Part shown: piece after piece, positions 22,249-32,416 of the stretch
Numbering within the stretch: position 1 is the first letter of the stretch
Layout: each line of letters begins with the position of its first letter
Assembly: GCF_001194135.2 (NCBI RefSeq)
Contig: NC_068999.1
Location: 37,591,289 to 37,623,704, forward strand
Direction: 5' to 3'
Origin: Octopus bimaculoides
Taxonomy: Eukaryota
DNA length: 32,416 bases
Translations under genes and position numbers: made by a program
The notes under the pieces: generated by a model
What the model was told of the DNA's origin: nothing
What the model saw: only the letters and a program-made list of their open reading frames with translations
Databases searched by the model: none

Positions 22249-22831
22249 GTGTGTTGAAAATCTATAATACATGCAGTGTGTTTCAATAGTCATTTTATCG
22301 AAATTCAATATTGATTTACTCCTTATTCGGTAATTAACACTTTATCAAAATGCGTTTTGACATCAAAATACAGGCACCCATTCACGCGCCGCACCAAACA
22401 TGTATATTCTTACAGGGTAGACACATACAAACATGAGAAGTTTTACATTTTCTTTCGTAGACTGATAAAATCGTAAATACTTGCAATTGCCTTTCAGTCT
22501 TTATTGGGGTCGCATAAGAGGTGTCCCTATCACTTGACCAATCCCAGAGGAGCAAGCAACGAATCTGTTTCTATACACTTCAAATCAGGTAGCGTCAGAG
22601 AACTGGTGATGCTATATGTAATTACTATAAGTGTTTATCAAAATATGATATAATATATATAAATCTATGTGTGTATTGAATAAGAGGCAGACATGCATAG
22701 ATTTCATATAAAAGTTAATAATTTATTGGGCTCTACAGCTGTTTCAATAAAATATATTTATAATCAATTTTCGTTTTTGTATTTGAGATGCAAGATTCTT
22801 GATATGAAATCGTGTGTGGAAACAGTTTTGT

Positions 22832-22868
22832 TGTCTGAGGAGGGGCCATTACGCCGATATTAATCACA
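22832..22868 (+). ncRNA. Candidate minimal type I hammerhead ribozyme (GAAA mutated to GATA)
   Basis: TGT-CTGAGGA-GGGGCCATTACGCC-GATA-TTAA-TC-ACA gives stem I TGT/ACA, a CUGANGA core, GG/CC-closed stem II, a palindromic TTAA and an AUC triplet. Confidence 0.5.
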
Positions 22869-22920
22869 CACTCACAGGTTGAATTCCACTTCTTTATTGC
22901 TAGTCAATTGGTCAAATGTC

Positions 22921-22959
22921 TAACCAACCAACCAACCAACCAACCAACCAACCAACCAA
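22921..22959. repeat. (AACC)n microsatellite
   Basis: Seen directly. Confidence 0.95.
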
Positions 22960-23173
22960 TTAGTCGATTGTTTGTTTAATGTTTTGGTTAAGCGATTAAT
23001 CGTTTGTTTGTCCGTCAAAGTTCTCTCGCTGCTGTTCGCAACTTTTTCAGCGACCCGTAACTCCCTACTCGCTTCATGGCCTGCTTTCGACGAAAACGTA
23101 ACAGAGAACTGAAGTCAAAGTGTTATTAATGGAGCTCCTAAATGCTGTTTATGATGGCTCTTCATCAATATAA

Positions 23174-23235
<62 letters not shown>

Positions 23236-23356
23236 CACTCTATTAACTAGACTATCGGATGTGGTTATGCACTGCTGGTCGCAATACGCTCTCTCGCTTC
23301 TTTATAGACTCCCAATGATGTCACCTCACTGGTTAGGCGATCTATATACATACATA

Positions 23357-23497
23357 NNNNNNNNNNNNNNNNNNNNNNNNNNNNNNNNNNNNNNNNNNNN
23401 NNNNNNNNNNNNNNNNNNNNNNNNNNNNNNNNNNNNNNNNNNNNNNNNNNNNNNNNNNNNNNNNNNNNNNNNNNNNNNNNNNNNNNNNNNNNNNNNN
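23357..23497. other. Assembly gap (N-run)
   Basis: 141 N bases flanked by (TACA)/(TATG)-type repeats. Confidence 1.
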
Positions 23498-24774
23498 ACA
23501 CGTATGTATGTATGTATATCTATAGGTATCTGTGAACGTTTATTTTTAATCTATGTTCTAATTTATAAACTGCTTCATATCTTCTGTAATCACTGGTTGT
23601 TGTTTGTTTTCTTCTTCGTTGCTTAGTAACCTTGAAGTTTTCATTAATTTTTTTTTCTAAATGCTTTCAACGCTGAACGAAATATTTAAAAATCGAATTG
23701 CCTTTGATGCAGAAACTTTTAATAAAATATTTTTTTTTCTCTGAATATTAATTATCTACAATTATCTGTTTAAGTAAATATTGACCTTACACATAGACTA
23801 AATGCCTACTTTAATGGGGTTTTACATCGCTTATCTCTGATTATATATTTTAAAATTATTTTTTCTGACTTTTTAAATTTTTTGTCTGCTTCTTATTTTC
23901 TGTTTCTTATCACAGGCTTTATGAAGAGTCATCTGACTTCTCCTGCCGTCTGCTAAAATTCTATTATATTAATATTTTTATTAATTTCGCTTTTAAGCTA
24001 CATGTCTGGGGAAACAAGTTTACTTTGTTCTTTTAGATAATCAGACAATGACTACATTCGTATTGAGTACTTTATTTTTTACTGTTACTTTCATCTAACG
24101 AAACAGCATTATTCCAATTAAACACACCTTTCTTTTTTTTGGAGTTTAAAATGGTATCTGGGTAGAGCTTTTCAGGATACTTTCTCTCTCGGCCAAGCAA
24201 AGCTTTCGTAGTGTGCTGCCGTTGTTCTAGGAACGTTCATTTAACTATGTAAGGTATACCCTCCTCTTTAAAACGCTATACGTAGCTGGCCCATGATGTA
24301 ATTTTGCGCCTCTAGTGATACCCTGTTGCTTCAGTATTTTTACGCTTCATGGCGCCTTGGTCGAAGTATTCTCGTATTTCCAAAGACGGTTGATATCATC
24401 ATGTATTTCCCATTATGATTCCGTAACTCAGTTGATATTGCAAAGTCTTAATCGTTCCTAGTATGACAAACCATTACGTATTTACGAATGTAGTTTCCAA
24501 TTTACACATATTACTTCCTAAAAAAGGAAACAAAATGACATAGTTCATGGTTTGACACATAATACAGAAAGTAAAGAATTATTCTCATCACTGGGTCTTT
24601 GCTCATCCAAAGTTGATTGGAAGAGTTTGAGAACTAAAACGACAACAGCAGAAACCACATCAGCAAAACGTTATACGCCAGATTGCGATAAATTTGCTAC
24701 GTCCATACTCCATCTGAATCTATTCAATTTTTACATTCCCGGGGTTAAACAATAACAATAACTCCAGCCAATAA

Positions 24775-24854
<80 letters not shown>

Positions 24855-25537
24855 CAGACTGTACATTCCAAGTAGTGTCATAAAAAATTAAACGTTAGAA
24901 AGTTCTCTCCCTTGCTATTCTTTGACAAGGATTGTCATTAACGCTAATTAATAACTTTTCTTTACGGCTATAATTTCGATTCATTTAATATTCTTCTCGG
25001 TTCATTGCACATCAATACGTCAGCCACTCCTAAAACTATATATTCTTCATGCAGAAAGCAGTCCAGGAAAATTTTCTAATGTCATAACTTGGAATAAAAG
25101 TTTGGTCGTCTTTCTCTATTAACTTAACGATGCGCACTGCTAGAGACATGGTGGCCTTGAGCCAACGAGTGAGAAATCGATATTACACAGTTAAGAAATA
25201 GATTTCAAACAAAAGATATATTAAAATTACAGAGAAAATAAGACGGCTAAAACAACAATGTCTTCAGCAATTTCATTGCTAATCTTCAATAAATATATCA
25301 ATAATTCATATAAGACACAACTAAGTATATTAGATATTCTCGGGTGAGTTTTGTGGCTTCGGTTTTTCCTTGTTTTCGATGTTTGATTTGGCAGCGGTGC
25401 GGTGCCAAAAATAAGCACAATCGATAACTTGAAGATGTTTAATATTGCAAGACACACACACATACACACACACACCTATATATATATAAATATATATATA
25501 TATGCACATGCACATATATGAGGATACATATGTATGC

Positions 25538-25608
<71 letters not shown>

Positions 25609-25690
25609 TATGTATATGTATATATTTCTACACATACTTATATACATACATAACTATAACAAATATATGCGTATATATATATATATATAT

Positions 25691-26010
25691 NNNNNNNNNN
25701 NNNNNNNNNNNNNNNNNNNNNNNNNNNNNNNNNNNNNNNNNNNNNNNNNNNNNNNNNNNNNNNNNNNNNNNNNNNNNNNNNNNNNNNNNNNNNNNNNNNN
25801 NNNNNNNNNNNNNNNNNNNNNNNNNNNNNNNNNNNNNNNNNNNNNNNNNNNNNNNNNNNNNNNNNNNNNNNNNNNNNNNNNNNNNNNNNNNNNNNNNNNN
25901 NNNNNNNNNNNNNNNNNNNNNNNNNNNNNNNNNNNNNNNNNNNNNNNNNNNNNNNNNNNNNNNNNNNNNNNNNNNNNNNNNNNNNNNNNNNNNNNNNNNN
26001 NNNNNNNNNN
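25691..26010. other. Assembly gap (N-run)
   Basis: 320 N bases between (TA)n and (TG)n-like arrays. Confidence 1.
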
Positions 26011-26075
26011 TGTGTGCCTGTGTGTGTGTGCCTGTGTGTGTGTGCCTGTGTGTGCCTGTGTGTGCCTGTGTGTGC

Positions 26076-26128
<53 letters not shown>

Positions 26129-26856
26129 CGCGCGCGCGCGTGTGCGTGTGCGTGTGTGTGAACATATGTATGTGTTTTCAAGGACAGAAACATATATCAA
26201 AATCTAAAAGCGAAATACCACCTGACTTGTGTTTACATACAAATGTAAATATGTCTGTTTCACATAGAAGTACACCCACACAGACACACAGACACACAGA
26301 CACAGACACAACAACGCAACCAAACACTCTCACAAACAAACGCACACACGTGGACACACGCACCTGGAAGCACACATGGACACACATGTTTGTTTGGGGG
26401 CAATGGTATCTCTCTGTCTGTGTGTACGTATGTGTGTATGATCTATATATATTTATATACACACACTCACATAGATAATGGTGTACATACATGCATACAT
26501 ATATATTTATAAACACACACACACACACACACATATACACATATATATTGATATTTCGAGCAATACAAAAGTAGTGAATATGATTTGTTAGTTCCTTTGT
26601 TATATCTATATTGTTTTTGTTTCCTTCTACCCCGTCCACCTGTCACGCTTGATCCACCCCACTGATGTTGGTTTAGACGCGCTGCCACTAAATCTATATT
26701 TACCTTACGATATATTATGTCATTAGTATTATGTTATTGAAAGATATGAAGGAAGAGATAGAGCAATGGGTGGAGGGAAGAAGAGTGAGTAAAGAGAGAA
26801 GGAGATTCAGAGAGGAGGATAGAGAGAGATAACCGAATATGAAGATAGAGAGAGAT

Positions 26857-27495
26857 NNNNNNNNNNNNNNNNNNNNNNNNNNNNNNNNNNNNNNNNNNNN
26901 NNNNNNNNNNNNNNNNNNNNNNNNNNNNNNNNNNNNNNNNNNNNNNNNNNNNNNNNNNNNNNNNNNNNNNNNNNNNNNNNNNNNNNNNNNNNNNNNNNNN
27001 NNNNNNNNNNNNNNNNNNNNNNNNNNNNNNNNNNNNNNNNNNNNNNNNNNNNNNNNNNNNNNNNNNNNNNNNNNNNNNNNNNNNNNNNNNNNNNNNNNNN
27101 NNNNNNNNNNNNNNNNNNNNNNNNNNNNNNNNNNNNNNNNNNNNNNNNNNNNNNNNNNNNNNNNNNNNNNNNNNNNNNNNNNNNNNNNNNNNNNNNNNNN
27201 NNNNNNNNNNNNNNNNNNNNNNNNNNNNNNNNNNNNNNNNNNNNNNNNNNNNNNNNNNNNNNNNNNNNNNNNNNNNNNNNNNNNNNNNNNNNNNNNNNNN
27301 NNNNNNNNNNNNNNNNNNNNNNNNNNNNNNNNNNNNNNNNNNNNNNNNNNNNNNNNNNNNNNNNNNNNNNNNNNNNNNNNNNNNNNNNNNNNNNNNNNNN
27401 NNNNNNNNNNNNNNNNNNNNNNNNNNNNNNNNNNNNNNNNNNNNNNNNNNNNNNNNNNNNNNNNNNNNNNNNNNNNNNNNNNNNNNNNNNNNNNN
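26857..27495. other. Assembly gap (N-run)
   Basis: About 640 N bases between GA-rich sequence and (TA)n. Confidence 0.98.
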
Positions 27496-27626
27496 NTATA
27501 TATATATATATTTATTTATTTATTTATATTTATATATGTATACTTATATACATACACGATAACATTTACATCCATTAATAGTTCCCTGCTTTTCTATGTA
27601 TGTTTACATATGTCCATATACTATAT

Positions 27627-27665
<39 letters not shown>

Positions 27666-27669
<4 letters not shown>

Positions 27670-28824
27670 CAGAGATACCCGGCGTTGCACTGGATTAAAA
27701 TGGCATATTTTGTATATATATATTACAGTGATGTTAAAACAGGTCATACGGGAATGTGCAGCATTGACGACAAATCATTTGTGGAGTAAATGGTGGACTA
27801 ATTCGACTAAGCGACATGTCATGCGTCCATTTGCAGGATTCTAGGCCTTAACTTGTCATGGAAAATTAAGGGTAGGGAGTTATGTATGTCAGTGGATATA
27901 CTCTCTTTTGCGGCTGTCGGCGCTGCGTCTACCACAACCCATCGTTTGAAGTTTTGACACCTCTTTCGGGTTTGTTGTTCTATAGCACTCAGAAAGTAAA
28001 TCTGGAGGAACTTAGGCTGTTCATTTGTGGGTAACAAGGAACCAATGAGGTCATAGACCTACACTTGAACTTTAAACGTCGGCATAAATCCATAGTCAAC
28101 CATTTCCTTAGATGCACCAAACAGTGGCATTTGAAATGGAAAGTTGTACTGTCTGATATTGCTCAGAAAATCCTTTGCCTGGATGGAAGTGTCTTCCAGA
28201 AGATCCTTAAGAGCTTGAGGAGGAGCTGGTAGTGCTGGCGATCTTACCTTACCGCCTGAGCAGCACATGCTATTAGTTTCATTTGGAAACTTTAAAGCTT
28301 TCTAGAAACAACAATTTGAGTTTCGCACACCAATTTGGACAGCATTACCATTTTTATAAGAATGGAATGGATCATCTAGAAGCAGCTCCAGGAGTTGTTT
28401 AGAATGAATTTGTACGTGTTCTGCTCCTGAGAACTATTCTCTTGGACGTCTATCTAATCATTAAAACGGGTTTTTAATGATTCTGCATTAAGTGCTGCAG
28501 CATGCCTTTGCCGATCTTGGGAAAGTTTCATCTCTCTTCTGTCTTAAGACTCCCACCTTCAGTTTTGTACAATCCTTCTTCCTTTATACTTGTTCCTGGA
28601 GTGATTACGTCTTTTCATTGGTAGCATTTTTTTCAATATTGTAAAGAAGAAATTATAAACATAGAAAAAGTTATACATTAATCTCTATTTTTATAAGCAG
28701 TTGTATGTATATAGTATGTCATTATTTTTGTATGCAGTGTAAATTAACCAAATATAAGCCAATTAACCAAATAGAAGCACATGTATAAAATGCTAACGGT
28801 AAATTCCACAATAATTATTATAGA
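27666..28824 (-). mobile_element. Internally deleted Helitron retaining both termini (about 1.16 kb)
   Basis: The minus-strand 3' end is ccagtgcaacgccggg (imperfect hairpin)-tatctctg-CTAG|T at 27666. The candidate 5' end is A|TCTATAATAAT at 28824, giving an A-T target. A Rep N-terminal remnant lies between them in the same orientation. Confidence 0.85.
27945..28627 (-). pseudogene. Helitron Rep/helicase N-terminal region (disrupted)
   Basis: MLPMKRR... / QIGVRNSNCCF*KALKFPNETNSMCCSGGKVRSPALPAPPQALKDLL...FLSNIRQYNFPFQMPLFGA...GFMPTFKVQV*VYDLIGSLLPTNEQPKFLQIYF. This matches Helitron CC.xGKV, NIRxYN, FxxQGQVYHxIGSLLP and PKFLQIYF motifs. Confidence 0.92.
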
Positions 28825-30023
28825 TAAATTTCTTTATATATATATATATATATATATTAAGCACGTGTATTAAATTTTAAATTAAGGGTAAATATGTAAC
28901 TGTAAATACCTTGCAACTGCTGCGATAATTGGTAATTGGACGGTAAAAAATGTGTATTTTTATATACGTTGGACCTGCCATCTCATTGTTTTTTGTCAAG
29001 AGTTTCACCTCCAGCCGTTCTTTATGTCAGTCAACACTCATACACTGATACAACATTCCGCTGTCATGGCCATAAAGACGGAAAGTTGCCGGTGCGTAAT
29101 GTTGTTCACATTAGGATGTAAATTATTCATTTATATCAAATATAGTAGAAATAAGATGGTGTTAGTGCTATCACATTCGTATTAAAGTGAAAGAATAAAA
29201 GTGAAGCAATATTATATCACATTACAATATAGATCTTATTCTTTCACTTTTCACACGTAATACTGTATCGGTGCCAGTCTTATATTTTAATCCAACAGAA
29301 AAAAAAATACATGTTGACTCTCACAGTGTCTGATACTATTACCTTGTGAAATTTGATTTGATTTGGTCGAGCCATTTGAGAATGCATGGGGAACAAACAA
29401 ATAAAGAACTTATATACACATATACATACATATACATATACATTGTTACTAGTACAATGCTTGATAGGAAGGAAGTCTTATATAAATTATATGAATACAT
29501 ACATACATACGTGCCTAACTATATATTTGTATATAATATTTCTATAAAACCCATCTTTGAATCGAAACACGAATAAACAAAACATTCACCGTCGTAATAC
29601 AAAAGTCAAAAATCTGCCAAAAAATTGAGCAGAAATAAATAAAATCTCATAGACCGGAAGTAAAAAGGCAAACAACGAAGTATGAACGAAACGTTGTACG
29701 GCTTGTGTAATGATAATGTTGCTGTGGTTATTGTTGTTGTTGATGTTGTTTTTGTTGCAGTTGGTGGAGGTGGTGAGAGTCGGAAGATCGGGAAGGAAAT
29801 GGTGATATAAGTGTGTGCGTGCGTATGTGTATGGGAGGGGGGAGAGGGGGTGGCGTGGTGGTGGTGGTAGCGTGATTTAGAAGAAGCATCGGCATCGGAG
29901 AAATAGCAGTAAAGATAATAAACAGTCGAACGTATGTTTGTGACCGACAGACGAGTCTATTGATATTTTGAAGAAACATAAGCAGACAGAATCAATCAAT
30001 CAATCAGAAACATTGAGTGAGTG

Positions 30024-30084
<61 letters not shown>

Positions 30085-30344
30085 AACAGGGAAAGAACAG
30101 CAGAATAAACTCAGCACTAACTAAAACAAATACCTACACACTCATATTCATATATGGATATGGTCACATATTTATATATCTACATCTATACAGGTCCAGC
30201 TATACATATATATATATGGATATATGTATGCATATATGTGTGCAAGTATGTAACAGTACACATATATATATACACACACACTTATATTCATAGTTAAATT
30301 TTCAGTAGACGAAGACAGGTGTATAAACAACAAACAAGTGTATT

Positions 30345-30345
30345 A

Positions 30346-30410
<65 letters not shown>

Positions 30411-30520
30411 TATATATATATACATATATAGTTGTACAGACATACATGTATATATATATATATATATACATGCAATACATGTAAGTATATATATATAGAT
30501 AGATAGATATTAAACAAAAA
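30345..30520. repeat. (TA)n-dominated microsatellite field
   Basis: Seen directly. Confidence 0.95.
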
Positions 30521-30566
30521 TTAACACAATCAGACAAAAGGTTGTGAAAGATTTCAGAACATTTAT

Positions 30567-30610
<44 letters not shown>

Positions 30611-31165
30611 GTGCGTGCGTAAGTTAAGGAGCAGAGAAAGAAGTGAACACGGACCGGACATGTTTTAACAAATGTTGCGTTAGATTAATGTTTTAAAATG
30701 GAAAGTTCTTCACGTTTAGTCTTTCAACCGAAGGAAAAAAGAAAGAAAGAAAGAAAGAAAGAAAAGAGAAATGAGAAAAAAAATGGTCGGAAAATAAGAG
30801 AAAAGGATTAAGGCCGAAGTGAGAAAGTGGTTATACGGGGGGTGGGGGAGTGGAGAAGTGAGATGAAGGTGGATCGGTACGTTTAGGATGGTAATTATGT
30901 ATAGAGGTAGGGATCTGAAGGGGAAGTATGTAGGCGTAGGTGGTTTGGTGTGTGTGTAAAGTTATGGGAGGATAATGTCTTTGGATAGTGGATGTGTGGA
31001 GGAACGGTCTGTAGGTGTAACTGCATTGTATGCGATCGGAAGCCATGAAAGCGAGGAGAAGTTGGTGGATGCAAGCGTGAAGTGAAAAGGAGAAGGATGT
31101 TTGTTGTGAAAAGAAACCGATAAAGAAAACCGTAGAAGTAGAAGGTAAAATAGTAAAAATAATTC

Positions 31166-31283
31166 TTTCTATTCTAAGTACAAAACCTGAAATTTTGGTT
31201 GGAAGAGTCACCTGATTATATCGATTCTGAGGAGTCGTCCTCGCTGGAGTTTGAACACAGAACGAAAAGACGGGTGAAATAGT
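31166..31283 (-). mobile_element. SINE family A with internal deletion
   Basis: ttctattctaagtacaaaacctgaaatttt...atcgatt / gtcgtcctcgctggagtttgaacacagaacgaaaagacgggtgaaata aligns to 6965-7167 with about 45-50 bp missing. Confidence 0.75.
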
Positions 31284-31374
31284 AAAAAAAAAACAAGAAC
31301 AACAACAGCAGCAGCATCAATAACAAGAACAACAACAATCATCTTCTTAAATACGCGATAGTTTGACTGCAGAA

Positions 31375-31545
31375 ACAGGAAGGTGAAGAGTGCCAATTAG
31401 TGTTGGGTCCTTGGAAACAGTATCAGAAGGTATCAAGAAGAATATAAAGGAAATCGGAATAGAGTGCCCAATAGAACTGTTACAAAACGTTTGCCTCCTT
31501 GGCACGGCCAGAATAATCAGGAAAGAATTCGAAGAAATTGTTTCT
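31375..31545 (+). mobile_element. 5'-truncated RLE-type non-LTR retrotransposon C-terminal fragment
   Basis: (V)PISVGSLETVSEGIKKNIKEIGIECPIELLQNVCLLGTARIIRKEF matches the RLE VPIVIGALG...LQKxxLLGTARIxRK motif. Confidence 0.88.
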
Positions 31546-32340
31546 ATAATGAATAACAGCATATCTCCGCTTTGTTGTTTACTCTCAAATTACGGTCTCT
31601 TTCACATATTGTAAATATTATGAGTGAATTTTTGTGTGTATGTTTAAAGTTGAATTATTAAAATAGCTATGATGCTCTGCTGTTCTAGCTTTCTTTGCGT
31701 TAAATGGCGAATAGAACTTTACTATATAGAACGGAGCACACATGCAAACGCATATACAATCTTTTGCATACTGAAATTAATACAACAGAAGAAGGTTACA
31801 AAACGGCTGTAATCCAATGGAAGCCACGTAGTTAAATAAATTTCTATTCCTTTATTACTACCATCCGATTTTATGGTTCATATTCTTTTCACTGAATAAT
31901 TGCATTTTCTAGAGTTTCCTTTGCATGGACGATAAACATTACATTATTTTGCATTTAATTACTAAGTGGAGTCCGTAGGAGGGGATCATTGTAATACCCT
32001 CATGATTGTCTGAATTCATATCTTGTATTACACTTTTACACACACACATACAAACACAGACAGGGTCGTCGGAGTCAGCATAAAAGATCTCCAGGCAAAT
32101 TAATACACTGGTCCCTAAATATACATTTCTTAGCAGCAAACCACAGCATACACAAGTCAGAATTGGACCATGAAACCTGTGAGGTCCCTGGGCATCTACC
32201 AAGTGTTCCCATGCGTGGAGACGGTACTGCATACCCTCATATATCAAGAGAGAAAGAGTGAGAGGAAAAGAGAGAAAGGAAAATCGATAAATTGATATAT
32301 TTGTTGATTTTTATAGATACATACATATGTGTGTGTATTA

Positions 32341-32375
<35 letters not shown>

Positions 32376-32416
32376 ACTATATATATCTATATGTCTATAT
32401 ATATATATATATATAT

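Noticed and set aside
22990-23120. Open minus-strand frame after ttgacttcag (FSVTFSSKAGHEASRELRV...)
   Set aside because: No recognisable homology or clear donor site, and it runs into an (AACC)n microsatellite.
24150-24500. Non-repetitive block with a faint RTE C-terminal resemblance on the minus strand
   Set aside because: Too degenerate to support.
30835-30860. G-rich tract as a G-quadruplex
   Set aside because: Only two long G-runs within generic purine-rich low-complexity sequence, with no functional context.
31227-31245. CTGAGGA with a GAGGA/TCCTC hairpin
   Set aside because: No GAAA, and it is explained by the SINE deletion junction.
31939-32247. 102-aa minus-strand ORF
   Set aside because: It includes a (CA)n translation, and I recognise no motif or splice structure.
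1-32416. Most six-frame ORFs (poly-YI, CV, HT, SL, RE, N, X)
   Set aside because: They are translations of microsatellites or N-runs, with no domain content.

Overview
This is repeat-dense, non-coding eukaryotic genomic DNA, most likely octopod cephalopod (inferred from SINE-like families I recognise and the extreme microsatellite load; not verified by search). It contains 7 N-gaps, each bordered by simple repeats on at least one side. I found no convincing host protein-coding exon, and most ORF-track entries are translations of microsatellites or N-runs. The window holds about 11 decayed tRNA-derived SINE copies from three families, two copies of an unclassified ~550-bp repeat, three fossils of RLE-type (R4/Dong/HERO-like) non-LTR retrotransposons, degraded RTE fragments, a probable Penelope-like remnant, a mariner N-terminal fragment, and an internally deleted Helitron that keeps both termini (27666-28824, minus strand). 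The most interesting signal is a set of minimal hammerhead-ribozyme-like motifs of the kind found at Penelope-like element termini. These include a divergent pair at 22722-22868 and a well-folded candidate at 326-380. All carry core substitutions, so activity is doubtful. I see no strong evidence of a new protein-coding system.
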